From assembly GCA_043812035.1 (NCBI GenBank), contig JBDRMR010000072.1, positions 1-58,357 on the forward strand: a stretch of 58,357 bases of DNA, read 5' to 3'. How positions within the stretch are numbered: position 1 is the first letter of the stretch; each line of letters begins with the position of its first letter. The notes beneath the pieces are model-generated. The model was not told where the DNA came from. It worked only from the letters and a program-made list of their open reading frames with translations, and searched no databases. Shown one piece after another: positions 27,952 to 37,245 of this stretch. Origin of the DNA: Candidatus Omnitrophota bacterium (GTDB taxonomy: Bacteria > Omnitrophota > Gorgyraeia > Gygaellales > JAHJCI01). The translations under genes and the position numbers were made by a program.

Positions 27952-28602
27952 CTAATCAATCACACCTTTTGTGGAGGGTATGCCTTGCCTGTGCGGGTCG
28001 ATTCCGGTAGCTTGATTCAACGCTATGCCAAAGGCCTTAAAGACAGGCTCTAATACGGTGTGAATATCTACCATCCCTGGCGCTAATTGACCGGGATTTT
28101 CAGTTTTAATAATAATATTGACGCCGCTTTGTTTTGCAAACGATTCAAAAAAATGATTTGCATCCTCTATAGTATAGTCCTCTTCTTTTTTTGCGGTCTC
28201 TAAACCGAATCTGGATATTATTCCTGTAAAATGACTGCGCCCGCTTATGTCCAATGTTACGCTTGCCAGCACGCTCTCCATCGGGGCAGAAGCGGAACCA
28301 AACCTTCTTATTCCCTTCATATTTCCCAATGCCTTTTTGAATGTCTGTCCTAAAACAATCCCCACATCTTCGTTCGTGTGGTGCGTATCCACCTTTAAAT
28401 CGCTCTTTATTACCTTAAGTTTAAGGTCAAGTAATCCATGAAAAACGAACAACTCAAGCATATGGTCGAGAAACCCTATCCCCGTATCAATCTGGGCCTT
28501 GCCTTTTCCGTCAATATTCAAGATACAGTTAATTTCCGTCTCTGTTGTCTTCCTCTCAATTCCGGCAATTCTTTCAATTTTTCGTTTAAATATATTAAAC
28601 AT
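27952..28602 (-). CDS. hisB: imidazoleglycerol-phosphate dehydratase
   Basis: 216 aa. RKTTETEI, DTHHTNEDVGI. Confidence 0.95.
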   Translation of the reverse strand: MFNIFKRKIERIAGIERKTTETEINCILNIDGKGKAQIDTGIGFLDHMLELFVFHGLLDLKLKVIKSDLKVDTHHTNEDVGIVLGQTFKKALGNMKGIRRFGSASAPMESVLASVTLDISGRSHFTGIISRFGLETAKKEEDYTIEDANHFFESFAKQSGVNIIIKTENPGQLAPGMVDIHTVLEPVFKAFGIALNQATGIDPHRQGIPSTKGVID

Positions 28603-28641
28603 GCCTGTTCCTCACAAGAAAATCTCTTCGCTCACCATCAA

Positions 28642-29865
28642 TTATAAAAATCTCGCTTTTATTGATTCCGCATGCTGGCTTAATCCCTCGATGCCGACTA
28701 TTTTCTCGACCGGATTCTTTGCCCTCTCCAGCGCCTTTTTGGAATACGAGATAATATAATTACTTTTTATAAAATCGGATAAATTAAGGCCGGAAAAGAA
28801 CCGCGCGCTGCCTCCGGTAGGCAAAACGTGACTGGGGCCGGCGAAATAGTCTCCTACCGCCACAGGACTGAAAGACCCTAAGAATATCGCGCCGGCGTGT
28901 CTTATCTTTTTAACCAAGCTGCCCGGTTTCTTAACCAAAATTTCCAAATGCTCGGGTGCTATACGGTTGGCTATCTCGGCCGCTTCGTCTAAATTTTTGG
29001 TCAATATAATATATCCGTCGCCTTCCACCTGCGACCTGACCTGGCGCGCGAGAGTCTTGGAATTAGTAACCAGAAAAACCTGGCTTTTGGCGTGCTCTTT
29101 CTGCGCCTTTATGTCGGCGATGACTAATTTGGGGTCTGAGAAACGGCTGGCGATGATTACCAGTTCGGTGGGTCCTGCCAGCATATCCACGTCGACAAAG
29201 CCAAATACCTGACGCTTCGCTTCGGTAACATATTGGTTGCCCGGCCCCACAATCTTATCTACCTTCGGTATGCTTTTTGTGCCGAAAGCCAAAGCGGCGA
29301 TGCTCTGCGCCCCGCCTATGCGGTAAATCTGGTCAACCTTCAATAAATTTGCCACTGCCAGAATGTGCGGATTAATGTTTCCGTCTTTATCCGGAGGGCT
29401 GACCAAAACAATCTCCTTGACCCCGGCAATTTTTGCCGGCAAAACAGTCATATAAACCGTAGATACCAAAGGAGCCTGGCCGGCGGGCACGTAAACGCCT
29501 ACTCTTTCTATGGGGTGGAAGTTTTCTCCCAAAATTGCGCCGTCGGCGTCTTTTATCCTCCAGGACCTCCTGATTTGCTCCCGGTAGAACCGGGTTATAT
29601 TCTCGATAATCTGCTTCAGGGAAGTAACAAAATCCGGTTCTATGTTTTGGTAAGCTCCGGAAATCTCGGCCTCTGTAATACGCAGGGATTTTGCGGAGAG
29701 CTTAACTGCGTCGAATTTCTTGGTGTATTTTATCAAGGCATCGTCTCCCTGCAGACGCACATCCTCGATTATCTTCTCCACCTTTTCCTTGAGCCGCCTT
29801 GTTCTGGGGATGCCGCGGTTATATATTTCCTGAAGTTTTTTACTGGAATAACGTATGATTCTCAT
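28642..29865 (-). CDS. hisD: histidinol dehydrogenase
   Basis: 407 aa. HisD layout with GPGNQYVTEAK and APEHLEI. Confidence 0.9.
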   Translation of the reverse strand: MRIIRYSSKKLQEIYNRGIPRTRRLKEKVEKIIEDVRLQGDDALIKYTKKFDAVKLSAKSLRITEAEISGAYQNIEPDFVTSLKQIIENITRFYREQIRRSWRIKDADGAILGENFHPIERVGVYVPAGQAPLVSTVYMTVLPAKIAGVKEIVLVSPPDKDGNINPHILAVANLLKVDQIYRIGGAQSIAALAFGTKSIPKVDKIVGPGNQYVTEAKRQVFGFVDVDMLAGPTELVIIASRFSDPKLVIADIKAQKEHAKSQVFLVTNSKTLARQVRSQVEGDGYIILTKNLDEAAEIANRIAPEHLEILVKKPGSLVKKIRHAGAIFLGSFSPVAVGDYFAGPSHVLPTGGSARFFSGLNLSDFIKSNYIISYSKKALERAKNPVEKIVGIEGLSQHAESIKARFL

Positions 29866-29879
29866 AGTTAAATATTAAA

Positions 29880-29951
29880 AGCTGGCGAGAGGAGTCGAAC
29901 CTCCAACCTAGTGATTACAAATCACTTGCGCTGCCATTGCGCCACGCCAGC
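29880..29951 (-). tRNA. tRNA-Thr (anticodon UGU)
   Basis: Minus-sense GCTGGCG-TG-GCGC-AATGGCA-GCGC-A-AGTGA-TTTGTAA-TCACT-AGGTT-GGAGG-TTCGACT-CCTCT-CGCCAGC-T folds as a 72-nt cloverleaf. No encoded CCA. Confidence 0.85.
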
Positions 29952-29999
29952 GTCACTCACTAACGCTTATTCCCTGATCCCTACCTACTACCTACTAAT
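29952..29999 (-). repeat. G/A/T-rich conserved tRNA 5' leader (TAGG/GGGA words)
   Basis: Minus-sense AGGTAGTAGGTAGGGATCAGGGAATAAG...TAGTGAGTGAC aligns with the tRNA-Met leader at 37113-37160. Confidence 0.7.
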
Positions 30000-30854
30000 T
30001 TTAATGGCGTCGGGAATCTTCTCAATTATATCCGAGGCAATCATTCCTGCCTGCGTTTTCTCTTTGGCTGCTAAATCTCCGGCTAAGCCGTGCAAATACA
30101 CTGCGTATTTTGCCGCCTCAAAGCCGTCCAATCCCTGGCCTAAAAAAGCCGCAATCATACCGGTTAAAACGTCTCCGGAGCCGGCAGTAGCCATACCGGG
30201 ATTGCCCGTCTCATTGGTATATACCTTTCCTTCTGCATCCGCAACTACCGTGCCGTGTCCTTTCAGCACAATGATGCAATTATAATCCCTGGCAAACCCT
30301 TGCGCAATATCTTTTCTGCTGTGCTGTATTTCATTTATACTTATATTCAACAATCTGCTCATCTCGCCGGGATGCGGAGTTAGTATTTTTGTTGCCCGTT
30401 TTTTGCGCTGCGTATCCCGTAATAAATCCGGGTAACCCGCTAATGCGTTTAAGCCGTCCGCGTCAATGACCATCGGCTTATTTACGTCGGAAATTATTTT
30501 TCGGATTAAATTTTGAGTTGATTTATTTTGACTGAGGCCCGGACCGACGCTTAAAATATCAATCTTGTCTAATATTTTCTTTATCTGAGGATAAGCCTTA
30601 ACGCTCAGGGTAAGCTCTGCAGTCTGAGCCAAAGGCTTAAGTATTATTTCAGGGGCTTTTATTTTAATAAAAGCGTTGATGAGGCCGCCTGGCAGACCCA
30701 GGGTGACCATTCCCGCGCCGGAGCGGATTGCCGAATTAGAACACAGAATTGCCGCGCCGCTGAATTGCGCGCAGCCAGCCAGAATTAAAATATGGCCAAA
30801 ATCGCCTTTATGAGCTTGAGTTTCCCTGTGTGATAATTGCGCTGGCAACCGCAT
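29988..30854 (-). CDS. nnrD: ADP-dependent NAD(P)H-hydrate dehydratase (YjeF C-terminal type)
   Basis: 288 aa. HKGDFGHILILAGC, GSGDVLTGMIAAFLGQG. Confidence 0.85.
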   Translation of the reverse strand: MRLPAQLSHRETQAHKGDFGHILILAGCAQFSGAAILCSNSAIRSGAGMVTLGLPGGLINAFIKIKAPEIILKPLAQTAELTLSVKAYPQIKKILDKIDILSVGPGLSQNKSTQNLIRKIISDVNKPMVIDADGLNALAGYPDLLRDTQRKKRATKILTPHPGEMSRLLNISINEIQHSRKDIAQGFARDYNCIIVLKGHGTVVADAEGKVYTNETGNPGMATAGSGDVLTGMIAAFLGQGLDGFEAAKYAVYLHGLAGDLAAKEKTQAGMIASDIIEKIPDAIKISR

Positions 30855-31176
30855 AATTTTTGATATGGGAGATAGAAATATAAACCTTGAATTTATCTTT
30901 ATATGAATTTGTCAAAGAACAAAAAGGCTTGCCTTGGCGGTCATTCAATATTTGCACGTCTTTAAATCTCAACCCCGCCTTACCCAGAGCCTTAAATACG
31001 GCCTCCTTGGCGGCGAACCTGCCCGCCAGATGCTGGTAGCGATTGTTGTGTCCTTCTGCGTTTTGTAATTCCTTATCCGTAAAAATCCGCTCAAGAAAAC
31101 TGCAGCCGTATTTATCTATCGCGCTTTTAATCCGCCTAACTTCGATAATATCCACGCCGTTTCCGATTATGCTCAT
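30808..31176 (-). CDS. acpS: holo-[acyl-carrier-protein] synthase
   Basis: Start set to ATG 31176, which forms an ATGA overlap with the pdxJ stop. MSIIGNGVDIIEVRRI. The ORF-track N-terminal 20 aa are judged spurious. Confidence 0.85.
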   Translation of the reverse strand: MSIIGNGVDIIEVRRIKSAIDKYGCSFLERIFTDKELQNAEGHNNRYQHLAGRFAAKEAVFKALGKAGLRFKDVQILNDRQGKPFCSLTNSYKDKFKVYISISHIKNYAVASAIITQGNSSS

Positions 31177-31883
31177 TTGATCAGCGCTTTCATCTCCCGG
31201 ACGGCCCGGTCCAGACCGACCAGCGCTGCGCGGCAAACAATGGAATAACCGATGTTCAGCTCCTCTATCCGGGGAATTCTTGCTACCGGTTTTACGTTGT
31301 AGTAATCCAGGCCGTGCCCCGCGTTAACGGTTAGGCCCTTGCGATGTCCGTAGCCCGCCGCCCTTTCAAGCTCGGCCAAGCGCAGCCTTTTGGAAGATTC
31401 CGTTTTTGCGTCGGCGTATCTGCCCGTATGCAACTCAATCATCTCAACGCCCAGCTTGACGCTTGCGTCGATTTGCGATTTAACCGGGTCGATAAATAAG
31501 CTTATCGCGATATTATGCTTTCTCAATTTATTTATCGCTCCGGCGACCTTCTTTATATTGCCGGCTACATCCAGCCCGCCTTCCGTAGTTATTTCCTTTC
31601 TCTTCTCGGGAACCAGAGTCGCCTGCTGCGGCCTGACTTTACACGCGATATTAACAATCTCGGCAGCGGCAGACATTTCCAAATTTAATTTGGTTTTGAC
31701 TACTTTCTTTAAAAGATAAAGGTCGCGGTCTTTTATGTGGCGCCGGTCCTCGCGCAGATGCACCACGATGCCGTCTGCGCCGGCTGCTTCGCAAATGAAC
31801 GCAGCATAGACCGGTTCGGGCTCAACGCCGCTCCTTATCTGCCTTATGCTTGCAATATGGTCTATATTGACCCCTAATTTCAT
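31173..31883 (-). CDS. pdxJ: pyridoxine 5'-phosphate synthase
   Basis: 236 aa. MKLGVNIDHIASIRQ, HLREDRRHI. Confidence 0.95.
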   Translation of the reverse strand: MKLGVNIDHIASIRQIRSGVEPEPVYAAFICEAAGADGIVVHLREDRRHIKDRDLYLLKKVVKTKLNLEMSAAAEIVNIACKVRPQQATLVPEKRKEITTEGGLDVAGNIKKVAGAINKLRKHNIAISLFIDPVKSQIDASVKLGVEMIELHTGRYADAKTESSKRLRLAELERAAGYGHRKGLTVNAGHGLDYYNVKPVARIPRIEELNIGYSIVCRAALVGLDRAVREMKALIK

Positions 31884-31901
31884 ATTACTCTATACTTTAT
31901 A

Positions 31902-32045
31902 TCACGATAAATACCTGTGCAACTCCTCTCCGATATACAGCCAAAGCAAAATGGCCAGGAATAACGCAATAAGCTTAAGCCAGGGATGAGTGGTGAACCA
32001 GTGTTTTATCGCGCTCTTTATTTTGAACCCATTCGAAACTTTCAT
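31902..32045 (-). CDS. 47-aa membrane peptide resembling only the N-terminal TM anchor of CdaR/YbbR
   Basis: ATG 32045 overlaps the cdaA stop (ATGA). MKVSNGFKIKSAIKHWFTTHPWLKLIALFLAILLWLYIGEE. It occupies the position normally held by cdaR. The upstream part of ORF 31902..32270 is out of frame inside cdaA. Confidence 0.55.
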   Translation of the reverse strand: MKVSNGFKIKSAIKHWFTTHPWLKLIALFLAILLWLYIGEELHRYLS

Positions 32046-32797
32046 TCTTCCTTCGTCTTCGGCTTCATTAATTGCTTGACCCTGAACAATATCTCCTCGC
32101 GCTTCATGCCCTGATATAGCCTGCCTTCGTATGCCAAGGATATGTCCTGTCTCTCCTCGGAAACCACGATTACTACCGCGTCGGTCTCTTTGGATAAGCC
32201 GATTGCTGCCCGGTGGCGCATTCCGAAAATGCGGCTGACGTCGGGGCTCTCGTCCAGGGGGAACAGGCACCCCGCGGAACTGACTCTGCCCAATTGAACA
32301 ATAACTCCGCCGTCGTGCAATAAGCTTCCCGGAGTAAAAATATTTTGAAGCAACTCCGAGGTGACAACGGCGTCTATAGGCACGCCTGTCTCTACGTACG
32401 GCTTTAAAGGATCGTCTCTTTCAATCGCAATCAACGCCCCTATAGCCTGGCGGGCAAGATAATCCACTGCTTTGGTAATCTCTTTCAACATATAATCCAA
32501 CTCTTCTTCGCGCAAAGGCAGAATAAACAGGTGGCGGCGGCCCAGACGGGCCAAACCCTGCCTTATCTCCGGCTGGAATATAACGAGCAGGCCTAATACC
32601 GACAAAGCAAACAATTTTGTCATAAGCCACTCCAGCCTCTCCAATCCTAATCGCTGGACTACGAAGAAGAGAACCAGCAGCACGATTATTCCGCGCACGA
32701 CTTGAAGCGCCCGGGTTCCGGTAAAAAAGAGCATTATCTGGTAAATCACAAACCAAAGTATGCCGATTTCCAGAATTATCTTCCAGTTGTCCGCCAT
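32042..32797 (-). CDS. cdaA: diadenylate cyclase CdaA
   Basis: 251 aa. Three N-terminal TM helices, DGGVIV, GMRHRAAIGLSKETDAVVIVVSEE. Confidence 0.9.
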   Translation of the reverse strand: MADNWKIILEIGILWFVIYQIMLFFTGTRALQVVRGIIVLLVLFFVVQRLGLERLEWLMTKLFALSVLGLLVIFQPEIRQGLARLGRRHLFILPLREEELDYMLKEITKAVDYLARQAIGALIAIERDDPLKPYVETGVPIDAVVTSELLQNIFTPGSLLHDGGVIVQLGRVSSAGCLFPLDESPDVSRIFGMRHRAAIGLSKETDAVVIVVSEERQDISLAYEGRLYQGMKREEILFRVKQLMKPKTKEE

Positions 32798-32853
32798 CTT
32801 AGTTCTATCTTCAGATTCGGATATTTAGCTGTTGCAAAAATTCCCTCTCTTAT

Positions 32854-32892
32854 TATACGCTATCTATACGCTATACGCTAAACGCTATACGC
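32854..32892. repeat. TATACGC word array at the folP 3' end
   Basis: tatacgctatctatacgctatacgctaaacgctatacgc. The last 4 folP codons and the stop lie inside it. Confidence 0.8.
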
Positions 32893-34053
32893 TTTTCTTA
32901 TTGCGTCGGCAATCTTTACCGCCTGCGCCGCAAATTTAACGTCATGAACCCTGACGATGCTAGCACCGTTCATCACGGCTATCGCAAGCGTTGCCAACGT
33001 TCCGCTTAACCTTTGCTGAGGTGGAAGATTTAAGAGCTTGCCGATGAACGATTTTCGCGAAGGCCCTACAAGAACCGGGCAACCCAGCACCTTCAGCTCT
33101 TTCAGACTGTTCAGAATCTCTAAGTTATGTTCTACGGTCTTGCCGAACCCGATCCCCGGATCCACGATGATTCTTTTCTTGTCTATTCCTGAATCCTGCG
33201 CCCTTTTTATCGCCGCAGCCAGGTACCCGATTATCTCGCCCATCAAAAATTCGTATCGCGGATTCTTCTGCATGCTCCTAGGCGTGCCTTTCATGTGCAT
33301 AACGATAACCCGCGCCCTGCTTTTGGCTAATACCTCAATCATGCGGCGATTTCTCAAGCCGGTAATATCGTTCACAATCGAAGCTCCCGAATCCAAAGCC
33401 TGTCTGGCAACTTCCGGCTTATACGTATCTACGGAAATAGGGACTTTAATTATTTTAGATAGTTTTTTTATGACCGGGGCCGTTCTCTTAATTTCTTCTT
33501 TTTCCGATACCGGCAAAGCGCTCGGCCGGCTTGATTCCCCTCCTATATCGATGATGTCCGCGCCTTGAGAAACCAGTTCCCGGGCATAATCAATTATCTG
33601 CCCGATGCTCGCGCCCCTTGTCAGCAAGCCGTCCCCGCTAAACGAGTCGGGCGTAAGATTTACGATACCCATTATCCGCGTTCTGGCGCTTTCCGGCAAT
33701 TGATAATTTTTTAACACCGAGGAGATTCTTCCGCAGAGCCCCTGCAGACCCCGGACTTGCGGCTGCTCGTCAAGCTTGTCCAACAGCCGCTCATACTGGC
33801 TGAGCGTGCCCATAACAAGACAATCGGTTAACCGGGATTTTCCGTTAAGCGTGCCCCGGCTTAAACAAACTTCCCCCCCGATAGAAAGCATCTCCTGTTT
33901 TAAGATGTTTGCGCTGAAGCAATCCAGGTTATTCAGTCTAATCAGGCGCAATATACCTTTCGGAGCCATTATTTCTATTCCCCGCTTATCCGCGCCGATC
34001 TTCCTCATTATCTTCTGAATCTGCTCAATGTCGTCGGTATTGATAATCCGCAT
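32878..34053 (-). CDS. folP: dihydropteroate synthase with ~120 aa N-terminal extension
   Basis: 391 aa. Core IMGIVNLTPDSFSGDG, DIGGESSRP. The N-terminal domain is of unknown function. Confidence 0.85.
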   Translation of the reverse strand: MRIINTDDIEQIQKIMRKIGADKRGIEIMAPKGILRLIRLNNLDCFSANILKQEMLSIGGEVCLSRGTLNGKSRLTDCLVMGTLSQYERLLDKLDEQPQVRGLQGLCGRISSVLKNYQLPESARTRIMGIVNLTPDSFSGDGLLTRGASIGQIIDYARELVSQGADIIDIGGESSRPSALPVSEKEEIKRTAPVIKKLSKIIKVPISVDTYKPEVARQALDSGASIVNDITGLRNRRMIEVLAKSRARVIVMHMKGTPRSMQKNPRYEFLMGEIIGYLAAAIKRAQDSGIDKKRIIVDPGIGFGKTVEHNLEILNSLKELKVLGCPVLVGPSRKSFIGKLLNLPPQQRLSGTLATLAIAVMNGASIVRVHDVKFAAQAVKIADAIRKAYSV

Positions 34054-34055
34054 AC

Positions 34056-35930
34056 TTAAGCCTTCGTGGCTTCTTTGCTTTCCTGAGCCGCGTTTTCCTG
34101 TACGCCAACAATCTTTTTTACTTCTTCGCCGTCCAGAACCTCTCTTTCCAACAAGGCAGAGGCTAGAAGGTTCAGTTTGTCCCGGTTCTTCTCCAGAATT
34201 TTCTTTGCGTTATTATAGGCCTCGTCCACTATCTTCTGAATTTCTTCGTCAATAATGTGGGCGGTGGTGTCGCTGTAATTCCTCTCCTCCGCCAAATTCT
34301 TGCCCAGGAATACAAGCCCGTCCCTTCTGCCGAGGGTTACGTTGCGCAGCCTCTCCGACATCCCGAATTCGGTTACCATGCGCCGCGCCATTTGTGTCGC
34401 GACCAGAAGGTCGTTCTCCGCACCGGTAGTGGCGTCCCCTATGTTTATAATCTCGGATGCCCGGCCTCCCAAAAACACGGTAATCCGGCACATCAGCTCC
34501 TCTCTGGTCATGACGTAGCGGTCTTGAAGGGGAAGCTGCATAGTATATCCCAGAGCGGCAACGCCGCGCGGGATAATCGAGACCTTGTGCAGCGGGTCTA
34601 CATGAGGCAGAAGCAAGGTAATAAGCGCGTGGCCCGCTTCATGAAAAGAAACAATCTCTTTTTCCCTTTTTGAGATAACCCGGCTTTTTCTCTCGGGCCC
34701 GGCTATTACCCTCTCGATAGCCGCCTCTAACTCTTCTTTCCCTACCGTCTCTTTATTGTTGCGCGCTGCCAGCAGAGCTGCCTCGTTGCAAAGATTGGCT
34801 AAATCAGCCCCGGAAAATCCCGGGGTCTGGCGAGCGATTGACTTTAAATCAACTGCCTGGTCCAGTTTTATCTTACGGGTATGGACCTTAAGAATATCCT
34901 CGCGGCCGATTATATCCGGACGGTCAACAACGATGTGGCGGTCAAATCTTCCCGGACGGAGCAAGGCAGGGTCGAGCACGTCCGGCCGGTTCGTTGCCGC
35001 AATAAGGATTAATGCTTCGGTAGGGTCGAATCCGTCCATCTCGGCCAGCAGTTGATTAAGAGTCTGCTCCCTTTCGTCGTGGCCGCCGCCGATGCCGGAA
35101 AAGCGCAGACGGCCCACCGCGTCGATTTCGTCGATAAAGATAATGCCTCCTTTGCCGGATGACTTTGCCGCCCGCCGGCCCTGAGCGAACAGGTCGCGAA
35201 CGCGGGATGCACCCACTCCGACAAACATCTCAACAAAATCCGAACCGGAAATACTGAAAAAAGGAACTTCCGCCTCGCCGGCCACAGCACGAGCTATTAA
35301 AGTTTTTCCGCATCCCGGCGGGCCGACAAGCAAGACGCCTTTTGGAATCTTGCCTCCTAAACGCTGGAACTTCTTTGGGTCCTTTAAGAACTCGATAATC
35401 TCCTTTAATTCCTCCTTGGCTTCATCTACGCCGGCTACGTCCTCAAAAGTAGCTTTCTTTGATTCCGAATGGATAAGCGGCCTGGCCTTGCCGAAAGACA
35501 TTATCCGGTTGCCTAATTGTTCTCCCCGAGCCGCCATCATCCACCAGAACAAAATCAAAATCAAAATCGGGCCGAAATAAATTAATAATTGCGTAAACAT
35601 AGTCCTGGGCGGCTCTACTTTAAAGTCTTTGACGTTCTCGCGTAAAAATTTAAGCAATTCCGGGTCATTCTCGGGGATATTAAGGTAAAATCGGGTGCCG
35701 TTCTCGAAACTCCCCTCCAGCATATTCTCCGTCTTGGTCACCGATTCGATTCTTCCGGGTTCATTCTTAAGAGTGCGATAGAAGTCGCTGTAAGTGATTT
35801 TCTGAGGAGCGCCGGCAGAAGGGATTTTTATATTGCTTAAGAGATAGAGCGCCCCGAAGATAATCAAAATCCAAAGAATCGGAGACCCCCATTGTTTTTT
35901 GCCGGATTTTTTGTTAATTTTCTTGTTCAT
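34056..35930 (-). CDS. ftsH: ATP-dependent zinc metalloprotease FtsH
   Basis: 624 aa. [25 protein letters not shown]. Confidence 0.97.
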   Translation of the reverse strand: MNKKINKKSGKKQWGSPILWILIIFGALYLLSNIKIPSAGAPQKITYSDFYRTLKNEPGRIESVTKTENMLEGSFENGTRFYLNIPENDPELLKFLRENVKDFKVEPPRTMFTQLLIYFGPILILILFWWMMAARGEQLGNRIMSFGKARPLIHSESKKATFEDVAGVDEAKEELKEIIEFLKDPKKFQRLGGKIPKGVLLVGPPGCGKTLIARAVAGEAEVPFFSISGSDFVEMFVGVGASRVRDLFAQGRRAAKSSGKGGIIFIDEIDAVGRLRFSGIGGGHDEREQTLNQLLAEMDGFDPTEALILIAATNRPDVLDPALLRPGRFDRHIVVDRPDIIGREDILKVHTRKIKLDQAVDLKSIARQTPGFSGADLANLCNEAALLAARNNKETVGKEELEAAIERVIAGPERKSRVISKREKEIVSFHEAGHALITLLLPHVDPLHKVSIIPRGVAALGYTMQLPLQDRYVMTREELMCRITVFLGGRASEIINIGDATTGAENDLLVATQMARRMVTEFGMSERLRNVTLGRRDGLVFLGKNLAEERNYSDTTAHIIDEEIQKIVDEAYNNAKKILEKNRDKLNLLASALLEREVLDGEEVKKIVGVQENAAQESKEATKA

Positions 35931-35964
35931 GACAAAATTCTCCTTTAAATTCCCGTAAAAAAAT

Positions 35965-35993
35965 ATTATAAATCCAAGTTGCTACAAAAGCAA
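35965..35993 (-). promoter_or_regulatory. putative sigma70-type promoter of ftsH
   Basis: Minus-sense TTGCTT (35993-35988), 17 nt, TATAAT (35970-35965). SD AAAGGAGAA follows. Confidence 0.5.
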
Positions 35994-36017
35994 GAGATTT
36001 TAAGATTAGTTGCGTGT

Positions 36018-37031
36018 TTATGTCCTTTTTTGATAAATAAAAAGATGCCTCTTGTCCTTACGGACTGATACGCCCCGGGGGAGGTCAACGACGGAATTTA
36101 TTGGGCGGCAAAAGATTAGGTCTTCGAGCTCTTCGATATGCTTGAAGCTGAGCCTGCGGGTCGTACCCGTAACTTGCGATATCGAAAGCCTCAAAACCAG
36201 CCTTTCTATTGCCGGATGCAATTTTGATAACCTGTTTAAATCAAGCCTCATTCCTGATTTAATCTCATCCCCTTTTATTGCCAAAGGCTTTTTTAATCCG
36301 TTAAGGGCTTTTCTTGCGGCTTTTTCCAGATAGTCATAATCGCAGGCGGCGGTCCGGGCAAGGTTCGCTAAGACCTCTTTTATATTCGAATTATAGTTCT
36401 TTGCTAACTCGGGAATCAGGCGCCTTCTGATGCGGTTCCGGAAATAAGCGATGTCCCGGTTAGTTGGATCGGTCCGGGGCCGAATCTTCCTGCGTTTTAG
36501 ATAAGATTCTATATCGCTTCGCGAGACTTCAATCAGCGGTCTGATAATCATAAATCCGGCGATTTTACGCCTGGGAAGCATTGAAGCAAGCCCGTATAAA
36601 CCTGTGCCCCTTATCAAGCGCATAAGAACCGTTTCTGCCTGGTCGTCCCTGTTATGACCCAGGGCGATTTTGGAAGCATTCACTTTCCCGGCTGCGTCAA
36701 ACAAAAATTTCAATCTCTGCTTCCGGGCATTTTCCTCGATTGAGCCCTTTTTGGCCAAATTTCTTATATCAATCGCTTCCGAAATAAAAGGCAGGTCTAA
36801 TCTTTGGGCAAGGGATTCCACAAATTCGCTATCCCGGTAAGAATCTTCCCTAATTTGATGGTCTAAATGCGCGATGTGTAAATTAAGCTTCAGCTCCTTC
36901 CTCAGCGAATTTAGAACCAGGATAAGGGTAACCGAATCCGGTCCTCCGGAAACTCCGACCACAACCTTATCGCTCTTGCTTAACAGGCCGTACCTCTTAA
37001 TAGTTTCTTTTACGCGTCTTAAGAGAGACAT
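36018..37031 (-). CDS. tilS: tRNA(Ile)-lysidine synthase
   Basis: 337 aa. PP-loop VGVSGGPDSV. Confidence 0.9.
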   Translation of the reverse strand: MSLLRRVKETIKRYGLLSKSDKVVVGVSGGPDSVTLILVLNSLRKELKLNLHIAHLDHQIREDSYRDSEFVESLAQRLDLPFISEAIDIRNLAKKGSIEENARKQRLKFLFDAAGKVNASKIALGHNRDDQAETVLMRLIRGTGLYGLASMLPRRKIAGFMIIRPLIEVSRSDIESYLKRRKIRPRTDPTNRDIAYFRNRIRRRLIPELAKNYNSNIKEVLANLARTAACDYDYLEKAARKALNGLKKPLAIKGDEIKSGMRLDLNRLSKLHPAIERLVLRLSISQVTGTTRRLSFKHIEELEDLIFCRPINSVVDLPRGVSVRKDKRHLFIYQKRT

Positions 37032-37038
37032 ATTTTTA

Positions 37039-37112
37039 TGGCGGCGACTGGATTTGAACCAGTGACATAACGGGTATGAGCCGTTCGCTCTGCCAGGCTG
37101 AGCTACGCCGCC
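37039..37112 (-). tRNA. tRNA with CAU anticodon (elongator Met, or Ile2 substrate of TilS)
   Basis: Minus-sense GGCGGCG-TA-GCTC-AGCCTGGCA-GAGC-G-AACGG-CTCATAC-CCGTT-ATGTC-ACTGG-TTCAAAT-CCAGT-CGCCGCC-A. The G1-C72 pair and the lack of a GGG/CCC anticodon stem argue against an initiator. Confidence 0.85.
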
Positions 37113-37160
37113 GTCGCTCGCTAGGGCTACCTAATCCCTAATACCTAACTACTACCTGCT
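37113..37160 (-). repeat. conserved tRNA 5' leader, second copy
   Basis: Minus-sense AGGTAGTAGTTAGGTATTAGGGATTAGG...TAGCGAGCGAC. It differs from the Thr leader only by a few base substitutions (three of them transitions) and a short indel. Confidence 0.7.
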
Positions 37161-37178
37161 GCTTTTTTCTCGGAAAAT

Positions 37179-37206
37179 ATTTTAGCATAGAATAGGCAAA
37201 AAGCAA
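37179..37206 (-). promoter_or_regulatory. putative promoter of the tRNA(CAU)-tilS unit
   Basis: Minus-sense TTGCTT, 16 nt, TAAAAT preceded by TGC (extended -10 like). Same -35 hexamer as the ftsH promoter. Confidence 0.4.
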
Positions 37207-37227
37207 ACTTTCATTAAGTTAAGATTG

Positions 37228-37236
37228 TGATATAAT
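37228..37236 (+). promoter_or_regulatory. extended -10 element (TGATATAAT) 10 nt upstream of the phosphatase ATG
   Basis: TGA-TATAAT at 37228-37236; ATG at 37246; no SD between them. This implies a leaderless or near-leaderless mRNA. Confidence 0.4.
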
Positions 37237-37245
37237 ATTTTTGAA

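Noticed and set aside
32173-32756. Same-strand alternative-frame ORFs 32421..32756 and 32173..32367, and the upstream 75 codons of 31902..32270.
   Set aside because: They are nested out of frame within cdaA, and their Arg/Gly/Pro-rich translations are typical of off-frame reading. Only the last 47 codons, which are coupled to the cdaA stop, were retained.
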